A DNA stretch of 64,000 nucleotides from Candidatus Peribacteria bacterium (GTDB lineage Bacteria > Patescibacteriota > Gracilibacteria > Peribacterales > Peribacteraceae). The stretch covers positions 35,860 through 99,859 of the forward strand of contig CALRAD010000001.1 of NCBI GenBank assembly GCA_943350395.1. Reading direction: 5' to 3'. Shown one piece after another: positions 9,064 to 19,300 of this stretch. The stretch's first letter is position 1; the number at the start of each line of letters is the position of its first letter. Under the pieces are notes generated by a model. The model made no database searches. It was given only the letters and a program-made list of their open reading frames with translations, and was not told the DNA's origin. Made by a program: the position numbers and the translations under genes.

Positions 9064-9227
9064 AAACATCCAAGCCTCGCACATCGGGTTTTGAGAAAGA
9101 GCACCTTCGGCGCATGAAGTATGCATCCGTTGAGAGCAAATTTCATGCGTTAACTGAAATGGTGCGCTTTGCAGAGGAAGCTCAAAAGAGCTGCAAAAAG
9201 CGTGGAGCAAAGTGTTTTCCCTTGTAG
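9060..9227 (+). CDS. Small 55-aa ORF translationally coupled to the NTase gene (possible partner protein)
   Basis: ATGA start/stop overlap at 9060-9063. Product: MKTSKPRTSGFEKEHLRRMKYASVESKFHALTEMVRFAEEAQKSCKKRGAKCFPL. It falls below the ORF-track length cut-off. Confidence 0.3.
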   Translation: MKTSKPRTSGFEKEHLRRMKYASVESKFHALTEMVRFAEEAQKSCKKRGAKCFPL

Positions 9228-9265
9228 AACACACCGCTGTTTAAGTATCCGATCAAATTATTCTC

Positions 9266-9817
9266 ATGGGACGCGCTTATAAGAATTTTTGGGCATTAAA
9301 CACTGATGAAGCAGTTGCAGCAGGCATTCTAAGGAATTCTATTCCCAAAAATCTTGAAGTGTTTATGCCACTCAATGCTCAAATGAAAGATACGGATTTG
9401 GTTTTAATGAATATGGATACAAAAAAGGCGCTGAAGATTCAGGTCAAAGGCAGCAGGGCATATGAACCACGGAAAAGTGAAATAGAAGACCATGGAGCTG
9501 GTTCTACAGGATGGTTTTATTTCAAGAAAGACGTCGTTCACAAAAATACGGCCGACTATTTTATTTTTCTAATCTACGTCATAGAAGAAAACAAAAAATC
9601 AGGTAGGAGAACTATCTCACCTCACACCTTAACAATATCCACATTTGAACTAGGAAGATTATGTAAGAAATATAAGCAAGTAGGAAAGGGCGACCGATAT
9701 AATTTTTTCTTTTGGATTAATCCACTCAAGAAAACCTCATTTGAGATGAGGAATGAAAAGTTTGATACATCAACGTATTTAGATGAGAGAGGTCTAAAAA
9801 AGCTTTGTCAGCTCTAG
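9266..9817 (+). CDS. Hypothetical protein, possibly with a PD-(D/E)xK nuclease fold
   Basis: 183-aa ORF in visibly AT-rich DNA. TDEAVAAG ... DTDLVL ... KIQVKGS loosely fits an E...D...(E/Q)xK arrangement. The functional call is weak. Confidence 0.35.
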   Translation: MGRAYKNFWALNTDEAVAAGILRNSIPKNLEVFMPLNAQMKDTDLVLMNMDTKKALKIQVKGSRAYEPRKSEIEDHGAGSTGWFYFKKDVVHKNTADYFIFLIYVIEENKKSGRRTISPHTLTISTFELGRLCKKYKQVGKGDRYNFFFWINPLKKTSFEMRNEKFDTSTYLDERGLKKLCQL

Positions 9818-9899
9818 AAAAAGCCACGTCGGGGAGCATATCCGCCCTACTACGCCTCGTAGGTCTTTTTCAATGTTAGAAGATCGAGTTTCTTCATCT

Positions 9900-10778
9900 T
9901 CAGTAATGCCTGCGTGACGCGGCGATTTTCTCTTGATCGCCGCTCTGCATCATCGTTTCCAAGTCAACAGGCGAAACCTGCCATGAGAGACCATACTTGT
10001 CCTTGAGCCATCCGCACTGCTCGGCTTCGGGGACGGCGGAGAGTAAGTTCCAGTAATAGTCGATTTCTTTCTGGTCCTTGCAACGAACCAGAAGCGAAAT
10101 TGCTTCGCTGAAACCGAACTTGTGCATGTGGCCGCTGTCCATCGCCGTGAACCACTGACCCTGCAGCATGAACTCGGCAAACATGAGCTTTGCCGCTGGC
10201 TCCGGTGATGCGCCTGGTGGATAAGGAGCAGTCAGACCGCGCTTAGAATCCTTGAAAACTGACACATAGAAATCGATCGCTTCATTTGCTTTCCCCGTGA
10301 TGTCACCCGTAAACATGAGTGATGGGGTGATGAACGGACGCGACTCGCGTTCCGGCTTCGTCAGCATCAGCTGCCAGTTCACACCGAATTTGTCCTGAAT
10401 CCATCCGTAATGATCGCTGAACGGATACGTGTCGAGCGGCATAAGAACTTTGCCGCCATCAGAAAGTTTGCACCAGAGCGCATCCAGATTCTTGCGTGCA
10501 TCTTTATCATTCGACGGGTCGAAGTTCAGCATGAAGGAAATCGATGGGTTGAGCTTGAAATACGGTCCCGCACTGATCCCCATGAACGAATATCCAGCAA
10601 GATCGAACGAGACGATGTCGCAATCCCCTGACGGTGTGTCTCGAAGCACAGCCGTGTGTGTGATTTTCGAACCGGCTGCCTGTGGTGAGCTTGTCGAACT
10701 ACCGAAGGCGGCAACATAAAACTCCGCGGCTTGTACCGCTTCCTTATTGAACCAGAGATGGGGAACAATTTTTTGCAT
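9900..10778 (-). CDS. VOC-superfamily protein with duplicated PhnB/3-demethylubiquinone methyltransferase-like domains
   Basis: KIVPHLWFNKEAVQAAEFYVAAFG, and a second half ITPSLMFTGD...EAIDFYVSVF. Each half contains DKFGVNWQ / DKYGLSWQ. Confidence 0.65.
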   Translation of the reverse strand: MQKIVPHLWFNKEAVQAAEFYVAAFGSSTSSPQAAGSKITHTAVLRDTPSGDCDIVSFDLAGYSFMGISAGPYFKLNPSISFMLNFDPSNDKDARKNLDALWCKLSDGGKVLMPLDTYPFSDHYGWIQDKFGVNWQLMLTKPERESRPFITPSLMFTGDITGKANEAIDFYVSVFKDSKRGLTAPYPPGASPEPAAKLMFAEFMLQGQWFTAMDSGHMHKFGFSEAISLLVRCKDQKEIDYYWNLLSAVPEAEQCGWLKDKYGLSWQVSPVDLETMMQSGDQEKIAASRRHY

Positions 10779-10918
10779 AATTCAAAGATACCAACAGTAT
10801 AGACGACCGGAAGAAAACATTCTTTCAAAGATTTCGTTCAATGACGAAGCAACCGCCTTCAAGATGGTACTGGACTGGGATGATGCGGGAACATTACCAC
10901 TTGCGGTTTTGCAACACA

Positions 10919-11848
10919 CTACTGGTTAGGGACTCTCGTGGAGAGAGGAGGAATGACCATCTGAAGATCAGCCAGATCTATCGTATCCCCGTCCTTCAAG
11001 ACCTTCAGCTCTTGTTGATCTCTCAGGATTCGTACATCTTCATCACCGATCACGGTTGCGATGACTTTATGAGCAGTCCAGTTGAGAATGAGTGCAGTTC
11101 TATCCTTAATCCCGAAGCACAGTTGCTGCGGATGCTTTTTTGAAACGCCAAGTAAACGCTCGGCGCGACCTTCTCTCAGATGATGTTGATCGATCACCGC
11201 CCATGGAACGAAACCAAACCCCTCGTCTAGTTCAGCCTCAAACAATCCTTTTCTGATCATGAGCTTGCTCATGGCGGATGCTCCGGCAGAACTGCCGCCA
11301 ATCAGTCCTCCTCTCTCGGAAAACTTCTGCAATGCCTTATGAAATTTCGTGTTGCGATAGAGATCGACAAGATCGCCTTGATCGCCACCATTCAACCAGA
11401 CAGCTGTTGCATCGTTCAGATCTTCGACAAATTCATCCTTGTCGGCTTCTTCTGCTTCATCTGCATGAATAATTTTTGCCTTTCCCACTTCGTGTTGCCA
11501 CTTCCAGTAAGAATCGATGTTTTTATCATGTTTCGCATCTTTACTCGCACTAGGGCACACAAGTACTTTCCCCTGCTTTCCTCCGGCCATTTTCACAAAC
11601 TTTCTGTGAACTGCTTCGGGCAGATGACCGCCGCCGCCAATCAAAAACCTGCGTGGCGGAGTCTCAGAAACGGCTTCCAGCAAGTCTTCCGATCGTGCAA
11701 CATTCGCAGAGATCGCGAGGAGCACACCGGCTGCAATCTTGCAATACATGTGTCGAAATTTTTCTGATAATTTGGGCTGCGGGGCTGAAGTTATTATCGG
11801 CTCCGAAGCCTCGAGTGAGAGAGTATTACTTTTCGTAATCTCTACCAT
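10919..11848 (-). CDS. Peptidase S51 (cyanophycinase-like) family protein with an N-terminal hydrophobic anchor
   Basis: LIGGGGHLP, GGDQGDL and GGSSAGASAM (nucleophile elbow). Hydrophobic N-terminal segment KIAAGVLLAISANVA. Confidence 0.65.
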   Translation of the reverse strand: MVEITKSNTLSLEASEPIITSAPQPKLSEKFRHMYCKIAAGVLLAISANVARSEDLLEAVSETPPRRFLIGGGGHLPEAVHRKFVKMAGGKQGKVLVCPSASKDAKHDKNIDSYWKWQHEVGKAKIIHADEAEEADKDEFVEDLNDATAVWLNGGDQGDLVDLYRNTKFHKALQKFSERGGLIGGSSAGASAMSKLMIRKGLFEAELDEGFGFVPWAVIDQHHLREGRAERLLGVSKKHPQQLCFGIKDRTALILNWTAHKVIATVIGDEDVRILRDQQELKVLKDGDTIDLADLQMVIPPLSTRVPNQ

Positions 11849-11912
11849 ACCCTTGAGTGTGGAAGTGCTCCGTCACTCTGTCAAGATTTCCAAACAGTGA
11901 TACACTTGCTTT

Positions 11913-12365
11913 ATGTCTCCCGTTCGCAATCTCATTCCCATCGGCTCTCTCGTCCTCGGCATCATTTTCGCTCTCGTTCTTCATTCAAATTTTCCGCTGC
12001 AAACTGTCATCGAGTATCCTTGGACACTCCTCGGCATTCCGTTGATCGTCTTCGGCCTTCTGCAATTTACACTGTCCGTATCGCATTTTGTTCGACACAA
12101 AACGGACATTCGACCGTCAGGAAAGCCGACGACGCTCATTGTGAACGGTCCCTTTCGGTATACGCGAAACCCGATCTACCTGGCGAATATGATTGTTCTT
12201 TTGGGCGTGTGCCTTCTTCTTGGTTCTGTCGCATCGTTCATCGTCATCCCTCTCTACTTCGTCATCGTGAATTCGTTCATCGTTCCGTTTGAGGAAGCTA
12301 TGCTCGTCACGGTTTTCTCGGAACAATACAATGAATACACGAAGCGGGTGCGTCGCTGGCTCTAG
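11913..12365 (+). CDS. Isoprenylcysteine carboxyl methyltransferase (ICMT)/phospholipid methyltransferase-family membrane protein
   Basis: LIVNGPFRYTRNPIYLANMIVLLG...EEAML..F...Y..Y, with several TM segments. Confidence 0.7.
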   Translation: MSPVRNLIPIGSLVLGIIFALVLHSNFPLQTVIEYPWTLLGIPLIVFGLLQFTLSVSHFVRHKTDIRPSGKPTTLIVNGPFRYTRNPIYLANMIVLLGVCLLLGSVASFIVIPLYFVIVNSFIVPFEEAMLVTVFSEQYNEYTKRVRRWL

Positions 12366-12385
12366 AATCGTGTCATACTTCAGCC

Positions 12386-13390
12386 ATGCGGATACAACTC
12401 ATGCTTCTCGGGTGTATTGCACTGACAGGGTGCAAAGCTCTAGTTCCGCCTAATGTGGCTTCGGATCAAGCGATGGAAGCATCAACATTTGCTTCCGAAA
12501 TTGCGATCGAACAAGTTCCAAGCGTACTCTCGATCGATCACCTCTCGTCGATGCGACTCGTAGGGAGCGATTTTGTGCTAGAAAATACCCTCGATGACAA
12601 TGATGCCTACGCGAGACATGCAATTTCTTACAGGAGTAATGGACTCAAAATCAGCGGAATCCTCAACATTCCAAAAGGTAAAGGTCCGTTCCCTCTTCTC
12701 ATCTTCAACCACGGATACATCGATCCAACTGTGTACACAAGAGGCCGAGGACTGAAGCGCGAACAGGATTACATGGCAAGACATGGATTCGCCGTTCTTC
12801 ATACGGATTACCGTGGTCACCGCGAAAGCGACCCGAGTCCGGATACCCGCGAGATCTACGATGCGGGCTTCGAGTATGCAATGGACAGTATGAATGCCAT
12901 TTACGCCATCCGAGCTGCCGCATTGCCGACAATCGATACAAAGCGTATCGGTATGCTCGGTCACTCGCTCGGCGGAGGCGTGACCCTGAATGTTCTGACG
13001 AGTCATCCTGAGCTCGTCTCCGCAGCCGTGCTGTATGCACCAGTACACAGTGATGCATGGGAGAACTTCGTGAGATGGCGAAAAGAACGACCGGAGGGCG
13101 ACCGGACGGTTGCAGCACTCGGCACACGTGAAGGAAATCCATCGGCATGGGACTCACTCTCCTCGCTGTCGCGTCTACGTGAAATCAAAACACCCGTGCT
13201 GCTGTTTCACGGCACGAACGACAAAGATGTGCCGATCGCTTGGTCCGAGTTTCTCCACGAGAAACTCACATCATTCGGAAAAAAGTCAACATACGTCGTC
13301 TACGAAGGTGAAGGACACGAGTATGCCGGACAGTGGCAAGATTTCATGAGGACATCTGGCAAATTCTTATCTGTGCATTTGGCACAGTAG
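12386..13390 (+). CDS. Alpha/beta hydrolase (S9 prolyl oligopeptidase/dienelactone hydrolase-like), probable lipoprotein
   Basis: N-terminal LLGCIALTGC lipobox-like sequence, GMLGHSLGGG (GxSxG), LLFHGTNDKDVP and GEGHEY. Confidence 0.7.
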   Translation: MRIQLMLLGCIALTGCKALVPPNVASDQAMEASTFASEIAIEQVPSVLSIDHLSSMRLVGSDFVLENTLDDNDAYARHAISYRSNGLKISGILNIPKGKGPFPLLIFNHGYIDPTVYTRGRGLKREQDYMARHGFAVLHTDYRGHRESDPSPDTREIYDAGFEYAMDSMNAIYAIRAAALPTIDTKRIGMLGHSLGGGVTLNVLTSHPELVSAAVLYAPVHSDAWENFVRWRKERPEGDRTVAALGTREGNPSAWDSLSSLSRLREIKTPVLLFHGTNDKDVPIAWSEFLHEKLTSFGKKSTYVVYEGEGHEYAGQWQDFMRTSGKFLSVHLAQ

Positions 13391-13411
13391 AGAAGGTATA
13401 CAATTCATCTC

Positions 13412-14743
13412 ATGCAGAAAACCGATCTCACCACGTTCCTGATCCCCTTCGTCTATTTCATCGCGGGAGCAACGAGCCTCGCCGGAGTCGCAACCACGTT
13501 CTTCTACAAGGATGACATCGGGCTTTCGATCGCACAGGTGCAGATCCTCGGTTCGATCGCCATCCTCCCCTGGAGCATCAAGCCGATCTACGGGATGATT
13601 TCCGATCGTGTGCCCATCTGGAAACTGCGACGAAAACCATACCTCTTCTTCGCAGGACTCTGCGGATCTGCAGGCTATTTTCTGATGGCGACGACCGTGA
13701 TGGGGTTTGCGGGTGCGGTCACCGCAAGTCTTCTGTCTGCTCTCGGCTTTGCCCTGGCGGACGTCATTGTAGACGGCATCGTCGCCGAACGAAGTAGGAC
13801 GCAGAAAGAAGCAGGGAAACTGCAAACAATTTGTCGCGCCTCTCTCATGACCGGAGCGATCGTCGTTTCCTATCTCTCCGGAGTCCTGGTCGAAAGCATC
13901 GGAGCTCGGAACGTTTTCTTCATCACGGGAAGTCTGCCGATCTTGACCTCTATTTTTGCGCTCCTCATGGAGGAATCTCCCGATACAACAGTGCTGAAAA
14001 CAAGCATCCGAGATTTTTTGAAGAACATCAAAGCCCTGTGCACACCGGCACTTCTTTGGTCGATCCTGTTTCTCTTTCTCTGGAGATCGACCCCAACGAG
14101 CGGCGGAGCCTTCAGTTACTTTTTAATCGATGAACTCAAATTCAAGCCGGAGTTCTTCGGAACGCTTTCACTCGTGAGCAACCTCACCGCGATCCTCGGC
14201 ATCGTGATCTTCAGAAAATTCCTCTTGAGTCTTCCGCTCCGCACACTCTTCCTCTGGATCGTGATCCTGAGCATCGTACTCTCGCTGCCAACCCTCGGAC
14301 TCGTCTACGGCTGGTACGCACTCCTCGGCATGAGCCCCGAATTCTTCGCAATCGCCGATACGGCGATCGGCGGAGCATTGCAGGAAATCGGCTTCTTGCC
14401 ACTCCTGGTTCTCGCTGCAAGACTCTGTCCGAAGGGAATGGAGGCGACGATGTTTGCGCTCCTTGCAAGCGTCATGAACATCGGGCTTGCGGTAAGCGAT
14501 CTCGGGGGTGCTGCACTCACGACGATCTTCCACGTACACGGCGCAACGGACGCCCTTGCATCAGATTACGCAAATCTTGACATCGTAATGTGGATCGCCA
14601 TCCTCTCGAGTGCATTGCCGCTCCCGCTTCTCCGGTTCCTGCCGGAAACGCGCGAAACGAGCGAATGGAAAGCGGCCGATTCTCCATCCGGGATTGCAAG
14701 CGGGATCAACGCTCTCGATCCTCTGAAGAGCGACATCGTGTAA
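13412..14743 (+). CDS. Folate-biopterin transporter (BT1) family MFS protein
   Basis: FYKDDIGLSIAQVQILGSIAILPWSIKPIYGMISDRVPI is typical of BT1. About 12 hydrophobic segments. Confidence 0.7.
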   Translation: MQKTDLTTFLIPFVYFIAGATSLAGVATTFFYKDDIGLSIAQVQILGSIAILPWSIKPIYGMISDRVPIWKLRRKPYLFFAGLCGSAGYFLMATTVMGFAGAVTASLLSALGFALADVIVDGIVAERSRTQKEAGKLQTICRASLMTGAIVVSYLSGVLVESIGARNVFFITGSLPILTSIFALLMEESPDTTVLKTSIRDFLKNIKALCTPALLWSILFLFLWRSTPTSGGAFSYFLIDELKFKPEFFGTLSLVSNLTAILGIVIFRKFLLSLPLRTLFLWIVILSIVLSLPTLGLVYGWYALLGMSPEFFAIADTAIGGALQEIGFLPLLVLAARLCPKGMEATMFALLASVMNIGLAVSDLGGAALTTIFHVHGATDALASDYANLDIVMWIAILSSALPLPLLRFLPETRETSEWKAADSPSGIASGINALDPLKSDIV

Positions 14744-14769
14744 AGGGCGAAGAAGAGTAGAATGCCGCC

Positions 14770-15612
14770 ATGTCGATGCGTTCACAGTTTTCCTGGAAAC
14801 ACGGCGTTCGCGTCGTCCTTGCGATGGGCTTCGCCGATTTTCTTCTCAAATACCGAGGATCATTTTTAGGTTTTCTTTGGTCGTTCATCATTCCGCTGTT
14901 CAAATTTTTCGTTATCTTCCATGTCTTCAATCCGTTCATTAAGAATATCCCCTCTTATCATCTCTACCTCTTTCTCGGCCTCATCCTCTGGGAACACTTT
15001 TCTCTCGTAACAGGCAACTGCATGACGATGCTCCACGAGAAAGCGGCAATCATCCAGAAAGTGGTTTTCCCGAGAATACTTCTCATTCTTTCCGTCGGAT
15101 GGACTCATGTACTCATCCTCTTCTGCTATTTCATCATCTTCCTCGGCATCGCACTGCTGATGGGAATAGCGCCAACGCCGGGACTTCTCTATATTCCGGT
15201 GCTCTTCGTGCAAGCAACACTTATTAGTCTGTCGATCGGTATGCTCCTCAGCTCCTACGCGTTGAAGTATCGCGACCTACAACACCTATGGAGCATTGCC
15301 CTGCAAGTCTTCTTCTGGCTCACTCCCGTCATCTATCCCTACACACCGAAAGCGACCGTTACGCAGGATTTCTTCAACCTCTTCTCCGGATCCTTGAAAG
15401 TATCTCTGTGGTCTCTCTTCGACATCTTCATTCGCTTCCAGCCGCTCTCGATACTCCTCCATGACGCGAGAAGATCCATCCTGTATCCCGATACGCTCGG
15501 CGTTCCGAGCATTCTCCACACAATCGTGTTCAGTATCATCTGCCTGCTGCTCTTTGGTCTCGGAGCAATGGTTTTCCACAAACGAAGCCGCTACTTTGTT
15601 CAGGAATACTGA
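14770..15612 (+). CDS. ABC-2 type polysaccharide/teichoic-acid export permease (Wzm/TagG-like)
   Basis: 6-TM ABC-2 pattern (LGFLWSFIIPLFKFFVIF...). 1-nt TGATG overlap with the downstream ATPase gene. Confidence 0.8.
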   Translation: MSMRSQFSWKHGVRVVLAMGFADFLLKYRGSFLGFLWSFIIPLFKFFVIFHVFNPFIKNIPSYHLYLFLGLILWEHFSLVTGNCMTMLHEKAAIIQKVVFPRILLILSVGWTHVLILFCYFIIFLGIALLMGIAPTPGLLYIPVLFVQATLISLSIGMLLSSYALKYRDLQHLWSIALQVFFWLTPVIYPYTPKATVTQDFFNLFSGSLKVSLWSLFDIFIRFQPLSILLHDARRSILYPDTLGVPSILHTIVFSIICLLLFGLGAMVFHKRSRYFVQEY

Positions 15613-16334
15613 TGAATCTCTCCGCTGTCTCCTGCAACGGCATCCATAAGACGTACGAACAGTACGTCTTTCCGTCGACAATGCTGCAAGATCATATTCT
15701 GCGCTGGCGCACGCATCGGCGGCGCTGGTCACTGAAGGTGCTGGAAAATATTTCTCTCTCTGTCGACAAAGGGGAGTGGGTGGGTCTGTACGGACCGAAT
15801 GGCAGCGGAAAAACAACACTCCTGCGTATCTTGGCAGGCTTGCTGCCTCAGGACACCGGAACGGTCTCCGCCAACGGTCGACTCTCTTGCTTCTTCGATT
15901 TGGGTGTCGGCTTCCATCCGGAGAGATCAGCCGTCGAAAATATCTACCTGCACGGGTTGATCCACGGGGTTGATCCTGCAACTATCGAGGGGCAAACGAA
16001 CGACATCATCGAACGTGCAGGAGTGTCTACTCACCGCGACCTTCCCATTAAGTGCTACAGCACCGGAATGAGATTGCGTCTCGCGTTCATCACCATCATG
16101 AGAACGGAGTCCGACATTTACCTGCTTGACGAAATACTGGCGGTGGGCGATGAAGCGTTTAAAAGCATCTGCAAGGAGGAAATGGACTCACTGCGCTCAA
16201 GAGGGAAAACAGTGATTATCGTTCACCATGGACTGAAGAGCCTCGAAAAAATCTGCAATCGGATTCTCTTCATGAATGCCGGAAAAATCGTGCGTGAAGA
16301 CTGCGGTCCTTGGAAGCCTTCACTATCGGAATAG
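15612..16334 (+). CDS. ABC transporter ATP-binding protein (Wzt/TagH-like, nucleotide-binding domain only)
   Basis: Walker A LYGPNGSGKTTLL, signature YSTGMRLRLAF, Walker B IYLLDEILAVGDEAF. At 240 aa it has no extra C-terminal domain. Confidence 0.85.
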   Translation: MNLSAVSCNGIHKTYEQYVFPSTMLQDHILRWRTHRRRWSLKVLENISLSVDKGEWVGLYGPNGSGKTTLLRILAGLLPQDTGTVSANGRLSCFFDLGVGFHPERSAVENIYLHGLIHGVDPATIEGQTNDIIERAGVSTHRDLPIKCYSTGMRLRLAFITIMRTESDIYLLDEILAVGDEAFKSICKEEMDSLRSRGKTVIIVHHGLKSLEKICNRILFMNAGKIVREDCGPWKPSLSE

Positions 16335-19300
16335 CCGTTCTTTCATCAGTTTGCCGATGACCTCAGGGGAATGGGTCTTTCTCATGTCGACTGCAGCTCT
16401 CGCACCGAGTGCCGACGCAAATGACCGATCATCAAAAAGGCGCCTCATGGCTGCAGCTGCTTCGCTGATATCGGGGTCAGCCCAAACATTGCCTTTACGA
16501 TAGGGAGGATAATGTTTAGAAAGAGGAATAAGTTTGTAGCCGATCGGCATGCTGTTTGCTTCCGTCATATATTCGGCATTGCCGGAATAATTTGTGGCAA
16601 TTACGGGCTTTCCGAGGAACATCGCTTCAGCAATCGTGAGACCGAAGCCTTCCGAACGGTGCAGTGAAACATACGCATCAGAGCAGCGAAGAAGATCGTC
16701 AACCTGTTGATTTGTAAAAAAAGAGCTGAGAAAGAGAATATTATGTCCATGTGCATGTTCTGAAAGACGAGCGTGAAGCAAGGGGTTTTCTTTCGCGTTG
16801 CTGAATTTCAAGACAAGTTGAACGTTCTCATCCGGAGAGAATGCGTTCTTAAAAGCTTCGATGACTGCTTCGGGGTTCTTACGCTCGGCGACGCTCTGAC
16901 AGTTGAAGACGAACAAGAAAACGAATGCATCTTTACCGATGCCGAAGTGTTCCCGTCCGAACTGCTGTCCTTCGGAAACGTATACGGGATGAGGGATCAC
17001 ATGGACGGGACAATCCACACAGAATGCGATCGCATCCGCTGAGAAACGACTGGGTGTCCAAATTTCATCGAACCACTTTGCTGCGAAACGGTACTGACGC
17101 GGGAAACGCGACAGTTCCCACACCCAGTACGCGATGCTCCTGTAACACGTCAACACCGAAGGATCTTCAGCTCTCAAAAAAGAAGCAAGACGATCCGCAT
17201 TCATATGCAGAAGGGTGGTTCCGTAGGTGTACTCGGATGTAAAACGAGATTGGAGCGCAGTCTGCACTCTGTCTTCAAAGGGAGATTCAAGATTATGAAG
17301 CGTCAAAGGAATGCCTGCTTTTTCGGCAGCCAAAACGTGCAACCGGGATGCCTGTCCGACCCCTGTACCTGATGTGAATGAACCAACCACATTGATCCCT
17401 GCGGGACGCGGGACGCACACTTTTTTTCTTTGACTGCGGGGCAGAAGATCACGCATGGAGAAATGGCTTCGAACCAACATGAAAAAACTGCGAGGCAGTA
17501 GTCGGCGGGCACACTCGGTACAAAAACGATACCAACGGAATGAATTCCGTCGCATAAAAATTTCATGAACAGACAATGTGGAGTGAATCTTCCGAATGCG
17601 TTTCAACGATGAAAAAAACTCTTCCGGAACATCGGGAAACACCGAGCGACGCTCCGAAGAGTGTAGCCATTCTGCAAATTGATCCCCAAAATGGGGAAAT
17701 TGCCGGGAAAGAACCATGCTGCCCTTCCACAGCAGAGAATGAGCATTGCTCAGAGGAAAGCCGGAATTCGTACGCGTATGCTCGGAATGCAGCCATTCAA
17801 CATACGAACCGACGCCGGTTGCAAAAGGGTTGCCAAAGCGCATTCTTTGGTGAAAAGACAGCATGTGAAAATGTCGACGCGCAAAGGCTGGAATATGCAT
17901 ACCACTACGAAATCGTGCGAACAAATAGGGAATATTTTTGGTGTCATTCCATCCATGACGTTGAAGAGCGTCTGCATACTGCTGTAGCAAGGGTTGAAGA
18001 GCAGGATACTTCTCAAGACTACGATCACTGTGATCGTACTTACACATTCGATCCGGTGTATCAGGTCTGAAGCCACTGAAGTGATAGAAGGTCAGAGGGC
18101 TGCCATTCACCATCCAACGTTTGTCCTGCCAGGCAACATTGCGCTCGTGCAAATTCCAGTACGCGACATTGCACGATGCATCTCGTAGAACGGTGACATC
18201 GGGAAAAATAACGGGGGCAAGATCCATCCATCGCTGATCGAAGAAGACATTCCGATTTGGCTCCTCGGTGCAATCATCCGTCACCTTCCGCTGCCACCAA
18301 TGCAGAAAATCCAAAGTCACAGAATTTCTGGATAGACCGATGAATCCGAGATTGAAGACACCGACTCGCAGCACATCATGTTCGGAAGGCCGAAGACCGT
18401 CCTGAATCGGTGTGAGCACATGCGGAGTGAGAACAATCGAATGCGAAGCAAGTGCAGTTTGTACCGAAAAAAGAGGGGCTTCGACGAGAATATCCGGATC
18501 GAGGTAGACAATCTGATCGGCGGAACGATTCTCAAAAATCCACTGAAGAAAAAAGGGCTTCACCGCAGTATGCAACTCGCGCATGCCATATCGAAAGCAA
18601 AATGAATCTCGATCGGGAAGAGGAATATCGCAGACGGGAACAATCGTAAACGTTTCATTAAGACCGGAAAATCCCTCTCCGAGATCGTCTACCAGAAGAA
18701 CAATGAGCTCGGCATCGGGATGCTGCACATGGAGTGAAGACGCAAGCACGCGAGCATAAGCGAGAAAATTTCTGGAAACGATCGTACAGAATGTCATCTT
18801 CTTTGTTGTCTGAACTACGGGAGCAATTGCGGGCACGACAGCTGAAGCATGTTTCTCTCTTCTCAAGAGACGTCGTATTTTTGGCTCCAAAACACGCAGA
18901 AAACGAGTGAGCTTCCAGCTTCTGGAATGCCACACCCGATGAAGATCGCTTTCAAGCAATTTCATTTCCTTCCCGAGTGAATCACGAACAAAGCGGGAGA
19001 GAGCGAGTTCCCTCTCGACATCACCGAAACGCGCAAGAAGCAGACTTTTTTCATTCCTCAATTGTTCCAGCGATTGCTCCTGAATACGCCTTGCAGCCTT
19101 CTCCTGCTTCAGCATATTCTCCAGTTCTTGCTGCACAGCACTGGACACTTGACGAGAACTTTCTTCTTCCCTGTGTACCTCCGCCACTTCGATCGCAAGT
19201 TTGATGCGCTCCTCCTCCAATGACTGGACATGACGACGCACGACATCCGGCAGTTCTAGCTGAAGAAGAAACGAACGAAGAAGAGGTTTTTTCTCAAGCA

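Noticed and set aside
9846-9870. A terminator hairpin after the islet gene (CCTAC-tacgcctc-GTAGG followed by tcTTTTT).
   Set aside because: It has only a 5-bp stem with an 8-nt loop, which is too weak to call with confidence.
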